From: Desulfatiglandales bacterium
GTDB lineage: Bacteria; Desulfobacterota; DSM-4660; Desulfatiglandales; Desulfatiglandaceae
Assembly: GCA_963666345.1 (NCBI GenBank)
Contig: OY762721.1
Coordinates: forward strand, 576,001-640,000
Direction: 5' to 3'
Length of the DNA: 64,000 nt
The position numbers and the translations under genes were made by a program. Positions 53,042 to 63,184 of the stretch are shown piece by piece (position 1 is the stretch's first letter; every line of letters starts with the position of its first letter). The notes below the pieces were generated by a model, which had not been told where the DNA came from, made no database searches, and was given only the letters and a program-made list of their open reading frames with translations.

Positions 53042-53386
53042 CTAAAGTTTTCCCATCTCGTCCAGCAGTTGAATGACTTTCAGGGTTTCGGCTATACCTG
53101 TGGTGCCGCTCATGCTGACAACAACCGCACAGGTCTCAAGGATTTCTTCCACTGTCGCCCCGGCCTCAAGTGCCAATGATGTCTGAGCGGTTATGCAGTT
53201 CTGGCATTCAGCCCTCAGGGCTACCGAAAGGGACATAAGCCTTTTCATTTTAAGACTCAGTGCCCCCTCTTTATAGACCTCTTCCCGTATGTGGCCAAAG
53301 GCCTTCTCAAGATCAGGAAGGACCGTTGCGAATTTTTCCTTATATTTTATGCGATTTTTTTCCAGTTCCAGTTGGCTCACACCCAT
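53042..53386 (-). CDS. Carboxymuconolactone decarboxylase / AhpD-like protein
   Basis: GALSLKMKRL, CQNC, GATVEEILE. Confidence 0.85.
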   Translation of the reverse strand: MGVSQLELEKNRIKYKEKFATVLPDLEKAFGHIREEVYKEGALSLKMKRLMSLSVALRAECQNCITAQTSLALEAGATVEEILETCAVVVSMSGTTGIAETLKVIQLLDEMGKL

Positions 53387-53465
53387 AACCTGTCTCCTTT
53401 AAAAATTCACGGACACGTAACCAGCGCGAGACACGCCTTTTTGCCAAAAGGCATATAATTGTCTG

Positions 53466-56039
53466 TTACAAGTTGTCCTGTCGAGATGTCTCAGGTTTGT
53501 ACCCTTCAGATAAGGGATTGCCCTCAGAATTCATAATAACTTTCTGAGGATTTTCCCTTTCGTGATTCTCCAGGGCCTTTTCAAGTCCCTTTCTTTCAGC
53601 CTCATCAAGAGAAAGCCACCCGAGTCTTCCCCTGCACTTGGGAAACTTCGAGCAACTGAGCCAGGGGCCGCGCGCGCCACGCCTGAGATTCATCGCACCT
53701 CCACACTTTGGGCAGGAAAGATCGGTTGTAAGCGGCGGTGCCTTGGGCAGACTGATTCCGCCCTTTTTGTCAAGCTTTACAATCCCCTTGCACTCCGGGT
53801 ACCTCCTGCAACTCAGAAACGGCCCGAAACGGCCTTTTCTAATAGTCATGGGCTCACCGCACTCCGGACAACAGACATCGGTTTCTTCAGGTTCCACAGG
53901 GGTCCCTTCTCTGTCAATAGGTGCCGCATATTTGCATTCCGGGTATCCGGCGCAACTCAAAAAACGGCCGTTTTTCCCGAAACGGTAGACCGTATCGCCT
54001 CCACATTCAGGGCATTTATGGGGTGCGGGGCTTGTCTCAGCCTTTGCATGGCCCATATCCTCATAAGCCGCATCCAGACGATTCTTAAACGGGCCGTAGA
54101 AACCATTCAGCATCTCCACCCAGTCGGCATGTTTATCCTCAACGTTATCAAGCTGCTGCTCCATGTCACGGGTATATCCGACTTGAAGGATCTCAGGGAA
54201 GGCCTCTATCAATTTATCCGTAACCACCTTGCCCAGGTCAGTTGCATAAAAACGATTATTCATTTTTTCCGCATACTTACGCGCTTGGATAACCTGAATT
54301 ATCTGAGCATAGGTACTCGGCCTTCCTATCCCTTCCGATTCGAGTTTTTTTACCAAAGATGCCTCGGTATATCTAGGGGGTGGCGAGGTAAAATGCTGTG
54401 CCGGATCGACATGGAACGCTGAAAGCGACCGGTTTTCCTCCAGATAAGGCATGAGTACATCATCATGATTATTGGCAGCCCCGGCTATCTTGTAAAAGCC
54501 GTCAAATACGAGCACACGACCTGTTGCGCGGAAGACAATTTCTTCGCCTTCACCCGGGCCGGTCAAATGAACGGTAGTAGCATCCCACTGGGCGTCAGAG
54601 ATCTGGCTGGACACGAACCTTTCCCAAATGAGTTTGTAGAGTCTGTAATGGTTGTCTTTAAGAGATTTCCGGACATCCTCGGGGTAAATTTTTACATCTG
54701 TAGGTCTGATGGCCTCATGCGCCTCCTGGGCGGATTTATTGGAAGATGAAAAAAAGTTCGCCTTTTCGGGAAGATATTTTCCCCCAAGATGTGACGAGAT
54801 ATAATCTCTTGCACTATTAATCGCCTCAGGAGATATAAATGTTGAATCTGTTCTCATGTAAGTTATTAGCCCTACTGAACCCATATCTGCCACGGGAACA
54901 CCTTCATACAGGGCCTGCGCAATCCGCATGGTTGAATGGGCGGTAAAGCCGAGCTGGTTGGAGGCAGTCTGCTGAAGGGTACTTGTGATGAATGGGGCGG
55001 GGGGATGACTCTTGGTTCTCTTGGTCTGAATCGACTTGATCTTCCATCTGCTGTCTTCCGACATGGTCCCTTTGAGTGTTATGACGCGCCTGGCAGGCCC
55101 CTTGGCTTTCGGGTCATCCTGCTCTATCTTTTCTTTAAGAATAAAACCCGACTTTTGAGCCGCATTAAGGGCCGTTTCAAAATCATGGGCATTAAATTTA
55201 CCTCCCCCGATCTCGATCAACTCCGCAGAGATGGAATCATGCTCAAAAAGCCATACATTTCTGTCTTTGAGCGAAGGTCCGTTGAATCTTTTACCGTTTT
55301 TTTTCTTCTTTTGACTGGAAAGCCAGTTCAACCATTCCTTTTCAAGATCATGAGTTTTGTCAAGAATCGTGAAACATCCGGTTATTTTCCAATACTCGGA
55401 AGGTGTAAAACCTTCTATCTCGCGCTCCCTTTCCACAACCAGTCGAGTTGCAACGGACTGGACCCTGCCGGCACTCAACCCTCCTGCAACCTTTTTCCAA
55501 AGCAGCGGAGAAACCTGATATCCTACTATCCGATCCAGAATTCTGCGTGCCTGCTGTGCGTTTACCTTGTCTATGTTGATGCCGCGAGGATTCTGAAATG
55601 CTTTTTCTATCTCCCCTTTTGTAATGGCATTGAAGACCACCCTTTTTGCCATCCCGGGCTCAATACCGAGAGCCTCTGCAAGATGCCAGGCGATAGCTTC
55701 TCCCTCACGATCAAGGTCGGTTGCAAGCCACACACCCGTAGCATGTCTTGCTGCCTTTTTCAGCTCTGTAACGGTCTTTCCCTTGCCCTTTATAATGCCG
55801 TATGTGGGATGAAAATCATTCATCAGGTCCACCCCGGGAACAGGATCCTTGACCCCTTTCGGGTTTTTGTCAGGCAGATCCCTGACATGTCCCACAGATG
55901 CCATTACAACAAAATCAGGTCCCAGATAACGGTTAATGGTCTTGGCTTTTGCAGGAGATTCAACTATGACGAGTTCCTTTTCTTTAACGTCAGCGCCTCT
56001 GGATCTTTTGCTTGTAGCAGTAGTATTTTTTTCAGCCAT
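53466..56039 (-). CDS. topA: DNA topoisomerase I
   Basis: IVESPAK, DLDREGE, SAGRVQS, LITYMRTDS, GIGRPST, three C-terminal zinc ribbons. Confidence 0.96.
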   Translation of the reverse strand: MAEKNTTATSKRSRGADVKEKELVIVESPAKAKTINRYLGPDFVVMASVGHVRDLPDKNPKGVKDPVPGVDLMNDFHPTYGIIKGKGKTVTELKKAARHATGVWLATDLDREGEAIAWHLAEALGIEPGMAKRVVFNAITKGEIEKAFQNPRGINIDKVNAQQARRILDRIVGYQVSPLLWKKVAGGLSAGRVQSVATRLVVEREREIEGFTPSEYWKITGCFTILDKTHDLEKEWLNWLSSQKKKKNGKRFNGPSLKDRNVWLFEHDSISAELIEIGGGKFNAHDFETALNAAQKSGFILKEKIEQDDPKAKGPARRVITLKGTMSEDSRWKIKSIQTKRTKSHPPAPFITSTLQQTASNQLGFTAHSTMRIAQALYEGVPVADMGSVGLITYMRTDSTFISPEAINSARDYISSHLGGKYLPEKANFFSSSNKSAQEAHEAIRPTDVKIYPEDVRKSLKDNHYRLYKLIWERFVSSQISDAQWDATTVHLTGPGEGEEIVFRATGRVLVFDGFYKIAGAANNHDDVLMPYLEENRSLSAFHVDPAQHFTSPPPRYTEASLVKKLESEGIGRPSTYAQIIQVIQARKYAEKMNNRFYATDLGKVVTDKLIEAFPEILQVGYTRDMEQQLDNVEDKHADWVEMLNGFYGPFKNRLDAAYEDMGHAKAETSPAPHKCPECGGDTVYRFGKNGRFLSCAGYPECKYAAPIDREGTPVEPEETDVCCPECGEPMTIRKGRFGPFLSCRRYPECKGIVKLDKKGGISLPKAPPLTTDLSCPKCGGAMNLRRGARGPWLSCSKFPKCRGRLGWLSLDEAERKGLEKALENHERENPQKVIMNSEGNPLSEGYKPETSRQDNL

Positions 56040-56085
56040 TTTTTTCCAATGTCTATTAAATGTTTTCAGGGTAACTTTTTCAGGT

Positions 56086-57195
56086 TTACCTAACAAATAC
56101 CTTTCCGGGAAGCTGTTTGACCGCACCTTTCAATTCCAGCTTCATCAATATACTTGAAACCACTCCGGGATCCAAGCCTGAGCTACGCGCGATATCGTCC
56201 AGGTGAAGGGGATAGTCACTGAGGATATCAAATATTTTTTTCTCAACATCATCCATTCCGTGAACCGATTCTGCCGTTTCAGACATACCTGTCTCATGTC
56301 TCAAGGCATCCTTTTTGAACCTGAATTCCTCAAGGATATCATCAGCAGTCTCCACTAGTTTTGCGCCCTGCTTTATGAGAAGATGTGTGCCAGTACTCTT
56401 GAAAGAATTGATGCTGCCAGGTACTGAAAAAACTTCTCTGCCCTGATCTAAGGCAAATGATGCGGTAATGAGGGAACCGCTTTTGAGTGTCGCCTCAACC
56501 ACCACCACACCCCTGCTAAGTCCGCTTATAATCCTGTTCCTTATGGGAAAATTTCTCGGTTCAGGAGGGGTGCCTACAGGGAATTCTGAAACAACGAGGC
56601 CCAACGCCTCTATCTTTTTTCTTAATTGCCTGTTAGGCACCGGGTAATCGATGTCAAGACCGGCACCCAGCACGGCCATTGTAAAACCCTTGCCCAAAAG
56701 GCTTCCTTGATGGGCCGAAGCATCTATTCCTACAGCCATGCCGCTCACAACGCCCACTTTTTTCAAGGCCAGTCCCCGGCCTATTCTTTCGGCAACCTTG
56801 ATCCCGTAATGAGTGGGATTCCTTGAACCTACAATTGCGATAAAATCCATATCCGGTGGGAAATCGGCCCCTTTAAGATACAAAATAACCGGTGGGCTAT
56901 TAATCTCACGCAATAACGGTGGATAGGATTCGTCTCCAAAGGATATAATTCTGGCATTTAAATGATGTGCCTTCTCCAGTTCACCTTCCGGTTCGGTAAT
57001 GCATTCCCTTTTCGTAATCCTTCCCGCCACATCCTCGCGGATCCCATCTACCCTCATCAGCTCAGGAAGACCCGCCTCAAGGACATTTTCAGGGCTCCCA
57101 AACTTCTTAACAAGCCTCATGATCACACTATTCCCCAGGCCCTTGATCAGATAAAGGGTCAGCCATGACAATTTTTCTTCAGACTGCTTATCCAT
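56086..57195 (-). CDS. dprA: DNA-processing protein DprA
   Basis: AIVGSR, VSGMAVGID, FPIRNRIISGLS, SGSLITA, C-terminal winged helix. Confidence 0.95.
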   Translation of the reverse strand: MDKQSEEKLSWLTLYLIKGLGNSVIMRLVKKFGSPENVLEAGLPELMRVDGIREDVAGRITKRECITEPEGELEKAHHLNARIISFGDESYPPLLREINSPPVILYLKGADFPPDMDFIAIVGSRNPTHYGIKVAERIGRGLALKKVGVVSGMAVGIDASAHQGSLLGKGFTMAVLGAGLDIDYPVPNRQLRKKIEALGLVVSEFPVGTPPEPRNFPIRNRIISGLSRGVVVVEATLKSGSLITASFALDQGREVFSVPGSINSFKSTGTHLLIKQGAKLVETADDILEEFRFKKDALRHETGMSETAESVHGMDDVEKKIFDILSDYPLHLDDIARSSGLDPGVVSSILMKLELKGAVKQLPGKVFVR

Positions 57196-57333
57196 TGATA
57201 AAAAGGGGATAGGTGTTTAAGTCACAGAAGTATTGTTACTGCATTCCTTTAAGGACAGAGATGGCGGGAATTTAAATCAGAGTGTCATGATGGAGTCAAG
57301 TATTTTCTTTTTACAACAATAAAATATACTTGA

Positions 57334-58392
57334 TCAGTTTAAGGAGCAGCATGGCGCTATTTTGTGCAATTCCGGCCTATTATTCCAGTCGATGCTCCTC
57401 ACGTGGGAACCATTGGGAATCTCCTCCACAGAGGATAATACCACGGCTGTGGAACTATCGTTTCCTGCATCCACCACTATAAGATAGCCAAGGATCTTTT
57501 GCAGCAGGTTTGGCTGTGGCGCACCCACCTCTTTCCATTTCCGTAGAATTTCAAATAGACACCCCCTTCTGATTCCGCTTTTTTTCCCGCCGGCAAGGTA
57601 TATCACGGAATTTTTGCCTACGACCTGTCGCATTTTACCAAAAGCCGCGATATGGGTTTTTATCTCTTTTTCAAATGGTGAAGGGTATATGCAGGGTAAC
57701 ACGGATTTGTATTTGATGAGCGGAGCGCCGACGCTTACAGGGCTGATTGTCTCGGCTATCTCAGCCTTAAAAAGACCGGCATCCAGCTCTTCTTTCAGCA
57801 TAAGTCTTCCAAGAATCGAAACGACATAGCCTAAGGGCCCCCCTGAAACAGGGTCTTTCAACGGCATTGAATTATCATAAAACGCCAGGGTGTCTCCTGG
57901 TTTGCAATTGCCTTCATCTCTTACCCTGACCGTTACTGAATCGCCCTTGGCCAGTAGTATCAAGGTGGATTCAGAGGAACTCACATGTGCGGCAGGAACA
58001 GGTTTTTTCGAGGAAAGGAACCCGAGATATTCAAAGTTTGTAAAAGAGGACAGGTCCAAGGCCGATTTTGATCGTTTATCCATCTCGGCAGCTCCGGCAT
58101 CAGAAACCGGAGTCTTCTTGTAAACCGAAGAGCCCGCAGGCTCGGCCTCAAAAAGACTTATTTTATCACCAGGTTTCAACAGATGGGGATTTGTAACGAA
58201 GGTATTCATTTGCCACAGTTTTGGCCACAATTCGCTGTCTCCATAATACTTCTCACAAATGCTCCAGAGTGTATCGCCCTTCTCAACCATGTGGATCTGC
58301 TCCTGGGATAGGACAGGCCTTGCAGAAAAAAAGAACGATCCCGATAAGACAAATGCAAATAAGACTGATTTAAACAGGCATCTCTTTATCAC
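57334..58392 (-). CDS. LysM peptidoglycan-binding protein
   Basis: Signal peptide, VEKGDTLWSI...WPKLW...NPHLLKPG; usual position upstream of dprA. Confidence 0.88.
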   Translation of the reverse strand: MIKRCLFKSVLFAFVLSGSFFFSARPVLSQEQIHMVEKGDTLWSICEKYYGDSELWPKLWQMNTFVTNPHLLKPGDKISLFEAEPAGSSVYKKTPVSDAGAAEMDKRSKSALDLSSFTNFEYLGFLSSKKPVPAAHVSSSESTLILLAKGDSVTVRVRDEGNCKPGDTLAFYDNSMPLKDPVSGGPLGYVVSILGRLMLKEELDAGLFKAEIAETISPVSVGAPLIKYKSVLPCIYPSPFEKEIKTHIAAFGKMRQVVGKNSVIYLAGGKKSGIRRGCLFEILRKWKEVGAPQPNLLQKILGYLIVVDAGNDSSTAVVLSSVEEIPNGSHVRSIDWNNRPELHKIAPCCSLN

Positions 58393-58644
58393 TTTCCTAC
58401 CCCCCCATTTTGTCTTGGTTCCAAAATACTGATTTATTGGTAAGTTACGTCTCTTTACATAAATTTGTCAAGGCCCTTTTAGTCTTGAATGATAAAAACA
58501 AATTGACTTTTATGAGGCATTCTTCCTTTATAAATACCTTTTGCACTCTTTACAAATTTCAATTATTTATTACACTATTTCATACCTTCAGATTCAATCT
58601 AAATTTTTGGTAATAAAAATTCTATTCGAACGTTGGATCTTAAC

Positions 58645-59013
58645 ATGCCGATTTATGAGTATGAAACAAAAAAACAGGGTAGTGGTTGCCCGAGATGTAT
58701 CACGCCCTTTGAAATAATCCAGGGGATGGGAGACCCTCCTCTTTCAAAATGCCCTGATTGCGGACAGAGCATAAAAAAGATTATATCATCCTGCCGTGCC
58801 GCAGTCATGGAGCCTGATACTGAAAACGGCAGAGTCGAAAAGCGGATAAAAGAATACGAAAAAAACAATATGTGGAGCCACGCAGCGGAACTGGCCGACA
58901 AGCATTCAGCAGAGACCTCTAATCAAGCCATGCGATCAAGGGCACTTGATAACTATAAGAAGGCAGGATACAATCCGAGTTCCATTGAAAAGCATTCTAA
59001 TGTTGATGATTAG
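58645..59013 (+). CDS. FmdB-family zinc-ribbon protein
   Basis: MPIYEYE..CPRC...CPDCG..KKIIS. Confidence 0.85.
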   Translation: MPIYEYETKKQGSGCPRCITPFEIIQGMGDPPLSKCPDCGQSIKKIISSCRAAVMEPDTENGRVEKRIKEYEKNNMWSHAAELADKHSAETSNQAMRSRALDNYKKAGYNPSSIEKHSNVDD

Positions 59014-59218
59014 TGCCGATCCGGGAATACTTTTGCCGCTTAAGCTCAACGGGTTATCAATCAAAATATCCGCCTATGAAGGATTAAAGTATATTTATTG
59101 AAGCCAATCGACGATTACCAGCATAACGGCGGCATCTTATTCCCATTTAACTGCAGTTCTTCCAATTTGCAGAGCCATTAATCTTTGGACATAAACATGG
59201 AAAAGGAGGATAAAATTA

Positions 59219-59431
59219 ATGGAAATTGAAAAGCTTGCTTACGGGAAGGGAAAATCCGAGGAGATCGAGATTAGCGGCACTTCTATCCCGGTTTCGGTCC
59301 TAAAAAACCTTATGGAGAAAGGTTATATCCATATAAAATCATACCAGGATGAAGGGACTTTTTCCCTATGGGGTAAAAGTTGTACCGGATGCTTTAGTTC
59401 CGAGGAATTAAGAGAAATGTCAAAGGGCTGA
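59219..59431 (+). CDS. Small hypothetical protein (CxxC)
   Basis: Strong AAGGAGG RBS, 70 aa, WGKSCTGCF. Confidence 0.65.
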   Translation: MEIEKLAYGKGKSEEIEISGTSIPVSVLKNLMEKGYIHIKSYQDEGTFSLWGKSCTGCFSSEELREMSKG

Positions 59432-59520
59432 AAAAGCCTTTTTTAAATATTTTCAGGTTGTCTTGGTATGAACTGCTATATGGCAAATATGCATAAATAT
59501 TCAGCAGATTGGGAGAATCC

Positions 59521-60135
59521 ATGGTTGATCTGATCATAAAGGGCGGCATTTTCATGTATCCCATCATCTTTTGTTCCATTGTTGCCCTGGCGGTGTTTTT
59601 GGAGCGTCTTTGGGTCCTCAGGCGTGAGCACATAATTCCGGACAAATTCATTCATCAGGTGGAGGAACTTCTCAAAAAACAAAAAATCTCCGAGGCGACA
59701 TATCTCTGCCAAAGTGATATCTCATCCATAGCAAAAATCTTTCTGGCAGGGCTAAAAAACAGTCAGAAAGGCATGTGGCTTGTCAAAGAGGCGATAGAAG
59801 AGAGAGGAAGCAGGGAGGCCACAATTTTGGAAAAAAATGTGGGCATATTATCAACCATAGCCAATCTGACGCCCCTTTTGGGTCTCCTGGGAACCGTATC
59901 CGGAATGATAAAGACATTTAATGTCATTTCTCTTCAAGGCGCAGGCAATCCGGCTCCTCTCGCCGCAGGCATTGCAGAGGCATTGATCACAACCGCAACA
60001 GGGCTGTCTATTGCAATACCAACACTTGTCTGTCATCGATTTCTGAGAGACAAGGCGAGCAACCTTATATTTGAGATGGAAGAGGATTCCATCAGGCTTG
60101 TAGAGCTTATGGAAAACTACAGCAAGATGGAGTAA
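59521..60135 (+). CDS. MotA/TolQ/ExbB proton channel protein
   Basis: GGIFMYPI, PLLGLLGTVSGMI, GIAEALITTATGL. Confidence 0.92.
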   Translation: MVDLIIKGGIFMYPIIFCSIVALAVFLERLWVLRREHIIPDKFIHQVEELLKKQKISEATYLCQSDISSIAKIFLAGLKNSQKGMWLVKEAIEERGSREATILEKNVGILSTIANLTPLLGLLGTVSGMIKTFNVISLQGAGNPAPLAAGIAEALITTATGLSIAIPTLVCHRFLRDKASNLIFEMEEDSIRLVELMENYSKME

Positions 60136-60143
60136 GATTCTTA

Positions 60144-60560
60144 ATGAGATTTAGAAGATCAAGACATGACGAGCCGGGGCTTGGGATAACCCCCCTGATT
60201 GATATCGTATTTTTACTCCTCGTTTTTTTCATACTCACTTCTCAGTCCTACATCGTTTCCGGCCTTCCCATCACGCTTCCCAAAATGGGTCAGAAGGCCT
60301 CCCAAAAGCAAGTAGAAAAGATACACCTTGTTATCGACAGGAAAGGCGATACCTTCTATAATGGCAAAAACCGGGACCTCACTTTCTTGTTTAAGGAATT
60401 CAAGCGAATTTCTAAAAAGGATGACAGGATCAGACTTTTTCTTGAAGCTGATAAAGATGTCAGCCATGGAAGGGTAGTACAGGTCATGGATATCGCCAAA
60501 AGGGCCGGGATAAATGCCATAGTTATAGCCGCCCAGTGGGAACCACAGAAGGTAGAGTAA
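60144..60560 (+). CDS. ExbD/TolR family protein
   Basis: ITPLIDIVFLLLVFF, ADKDVSHGRVVQVMD. Confidence 0.92.
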   Translation: MRFRRSRHDEPGLGITPLIDIVFLLLVFFILTSQSYIVSGLPITLPKMGQKASQKQVEKIHLVIDRKGDTFYNGKNRDLTFLFKEFKRISKKDDRIRLFLEADKDVSHGRVVQVMDIAKRAGINAIVIAAQWEPQKVE

Positions 60561-60561
60561 A

Positions 60562-60933
60562 TTGAGTTCACAAAAGAGGAGTTTCTGGAAAATCCTTTTC
60601 ACTGTACTGTGCCTGCTTTTACCTGTCGCAGCCTGGCTGATATTCGGCGAACAGGGTCTTGTACACCTTTACAGGAGCGAATTGGAGCGTCAGGCCTGCA
60701 TTGACAGGATACGCAAGCTGGCCGACGAAAATCAGGCGCTGATTGAAGAAATCAAACGCCTTCGCACAGACATGAAACATGTGGAATCAATAGCAAGGCG
60801 GGAATTCAATCTGATCAAGAAAAACGAGGTTATTTACCGATTTGGGAATCAAAAATCTTACGATTACCCGTTAACACCCGGTTCGTCAGGCCCTGTTAAA
60901 GGGGCTGTAAAAAAGGAATCCAAAAGGGAATAG
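60562..60933 (+). CDS. FtsB/DivIC septum formation initiator family protein
   Basis: TM + FGEQG + coiled coil + ESIARREFNLIKKNEVIY. Confidence 0.85.
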   Translation: MSSQKRSFWKILFTVLCLLLPVAAWLIFGEQGLVHLYRSELERQACIDRIRKLADENQALIEEIKRLRTDMKHVESIARREFNLIKKNEVIYRFGNQKSYDYPLTPGSSGPVKGAVKKESKRE

Positions 60934-60937
60934 ACCA

Positions 60938-61666
60938 ATGCTGAATAGAACAGATGAACTTTTCAATCTTATCTTGAATAACGGGCCCTCCGATAACACC
61001 CTTTTGCTGCTCCTCAATCAGTTTAAGAGCCAAGGGCGAACAGGAGAGATAATAAGGCGGTGCCTTGAGGCAAAAAAAAGAGGCTCAAATGGACCGGGCC
61101 TGGCTCTTCTGCTTGCCGAGGCCTATCTTGAAAAAGGTTTTGTCGGTCTTGCTGAAATCGAAATTTGTCGGGTGATTTCCGAGATTGAAAAATACAGCTC
61201 CGCCTACAGGCTGGCGGCAGAAATTCTTATAAGGAGAAACAGTCCTGAGGAGGCGACAAAACTTCTTGAGACATATCTTATTCATAATCCTGATGATACC
61301 GAGGCATCAGAACTGCTAAAAAATATCCGAACCGTAAAAGGCCGTCAAAACGAAACGGAGCATGACAATGTGCGAGTGGAGACATTTTCCAGCGATTTGG
61401 CATCACCAACTATTGCTGAAATTTACTATGAGCAGGGGCAGATCGATGAGGCTATAAATACCTACGAAATGATTCTTCTGAAAAGATCCGAAGACCAAAA
61501 GGCCAAAGAAAGGCTTGAAGAGCTAAAGACAATGAATTTGAGAGATAAAAAAGCCGTATCATCAGACGGTCGATCCGGCTCATACAACAAAAAGAGGATT
61601 AAGAACATCCTTGAGGGATGGATTTTTAGAATAAAGGAGCAGGTAATTGAACACCAGAGAACATAA
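60938..61666 (+). CDS. TPR-repeat protein
   Basis: LAEAYLEKG, TIAEIYYEQGQIDEAINTYE. Confidence 0.8.
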   Translation: MLNRTDELFNLILNNGPSDNTLLLLLNQFKSQGRTGEIIRRCLEAKKRGSNGPGLALLLAEAYLEKGFVGLAEIEICRVISEIEKYSSAYRLAAEILIRRNSPEEATKLLETYLIHNPDDTEASELLKNIRTVKGRQNETEHDNVRVETFSSDLASPTIAEIYYEQGQIDEAINTYEMILLKRSEDQKAKERLEELKTMNLRDKKAVSSDGRSGSYNKKRIKNILEGWIFRIKEQVIEHQRT

Positions 61667-62690
61667 CTTTAATTTTTCAGCAACCGGCATAGGAAGTGTT
61701 CCTTTTTTTGAAGTGGAAGAAACATGCCGCAGAATAATCAGAAATACCCCTGAAGTGCCCTTCTGGCCACAGTTTGTAAACAGGGACTGTCATGAGGATA
61801 TGGTCATACAATATAGCCAAGGGCTCCCTCTTCTGGACATTATTGAGGAGAAAAGATCGCTTCAGATTTCAGACACACAGGATCGGGAAAATGCCCTGGT
61901 AGAATTTTATGACCACTTTCTGTCCCAGGACCTTGATCATTTCGCAATCAGCAGGGAATTTGCCCCCGGCTTATACTGGTTGACCGAGAATGTTGACCGA
62001 GATGAATCAGGTTACATAAAAGGTCAGACAGTGGGGCCTATAACCTTTGCAGCCGGCATAAGCGATCTGAACGGCAATGCGGTTTTGCATAATTCGGAAC
62101 TCTTTGAGGCCTTTACCCAAGGCCTTGCCATAAAGGCGTTGTGGCAGGTGAAAAAGCTTGCCAGCACAGGAAGAAAGACGATTATCTTTTTAGATGAACC
62201 ATATCTCTCAGGTTTCGGCTCCGCTTTTACATCGATACAGAGGCAGGACGTTATTCAAACATTGCAAACTGTGACCGATTATCTGAAAGGCAATTCCGAT
62301 ACCCTCGTAGGAATACACTGCTGCGGAAATTCCGATTGGCCGATGATACTGGACACACATATTGATATTATCAATTTCGACGCCTTTGAATTCATGGATC
62401 ATTTTCTGCTCTATCCAAATGAAATCTCTGATTTTCTGGAAAAAGGAGGCTCCATCGCCTGGGGGATTGTCCCGACAACCGGACTTACTTTGGAGCTAAC
62501 GGCGTCAGAACTTTTTGAAAGACTTGAAAAAGGGCTGAATAATTTGTCTAAAAAAGGAATTGATACTGGCATACTTGCCTCAAGCTCCCTGATTACTCCG
62601 GCATGCGGGATGGGGACCATGAATCCAAAACTGGCCGAAAGGGGAATAGATCTTTTATCGGAACTCAAATCGATGTGCGTTTCAGGGTGA
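61647..62690 (+). CDS. Single-barrel (core) MetE-like methionine synthase
   Basis: TGIGSVP, WPQ, KGQTVGP, DEP, GIHCCG, FDA, WGIVPT, ITPACG; 347 aa, no N-terminal folate-binding barrel. Confidence 0.78.
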   Translation: MNTREHNFNFSATGIGSVPFFEVEETCRRIIRNTPEVPFWPQFVNRDCHEDMVIQYSQGLPLLDIIEEKRSLQISDTQDRENALVEFYDHFLSQDLDHFAISREFAPGLYWLTENVDRDESGYIKGQTVGPITFAAGISDLNGNAVLHNSELFEAFTQGLAIKALWQVKKLASTGRKTIIFLDEPYLSGFGSAFTSIQRQDVIQTLQTVTDYLKGNSDTLVGIHCCGNSDWPMILDTHIDIINFDAFEFMDHFLLYPNEISDFLEKGGSIAWGIVPTTGLTLELTASELFERLEKGLNNLSKKGIDTGILASSSLITPACGMGTMNPKLAERGIDLLSELKSMCVSG

Positions 62691-62698
62691 TAAATATA

Positions 62699-63184
62699 AT
62701 GCGCAAAAAGAATATCTTACCATTCCTCTTCGCTTTTATAATCTTAGCGATAACGGGTTGTGCCAGCCTTCAAAGAATCGAAAGCAGGCCTGTTATTACC
62801 CTTGCCAAGATTGAGATCGATGATGTAAGCAATTTTGAGACAACCCTTCTTATCGAACTCCGGGTATTTAATTCCAGTGAGGATGCTTTTCATGTGACAG
62901 GAATCGACTGTGAACTTGAATTGAATGGAAAAAGGTTTGCCAGGGGTATATCAAAGACCGATACTGAAATAGCCTCTTACTCCACCGCCAAAGTGCCGGT
63001 CACCATGTATTCATCTGTCATGGAGATGTTCAGGGGGATAATCAACATGAAGGGCAGGGAGGTCTTTACGTATCTTTTAACCGGTAATCTGCGCGTAAGG
63101 GATGAAAGCATTAATTCGGCTCTAATACCCTTCAGCTCTGAAGGTAACATGCCGATAGGTTTAAACAAAATCTTTTCAGAGTAA
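62699..63184 (+). CDS. LEA type 2 / WHy-domain lipoprotein
   Basis: Lipobox ITGC; LRVFNS...LELNGKRFARG. Confidence 0.8.
   Translation: MRKKNILPFLFAFIILAITGCASLQRIESRPVITLAKIEIDDVSNFETTLLIELRVFNSSEDAFHVTGIDCELELNGKRFARGISKTDTEIASYSTAKVPVTMYSSVMEMFRGIINMKGREVFTYLLTGNLRVRDESINSALIPFSSEGNMPIGLNKIFSE

Noticed and set aside
53562..56093. Long plus-strand ORFs (286 aa and 385 aa) antisense to topA
   Set aside because: Antisense frames of a conserved essential gene, with no RBS or recognisable motifs.
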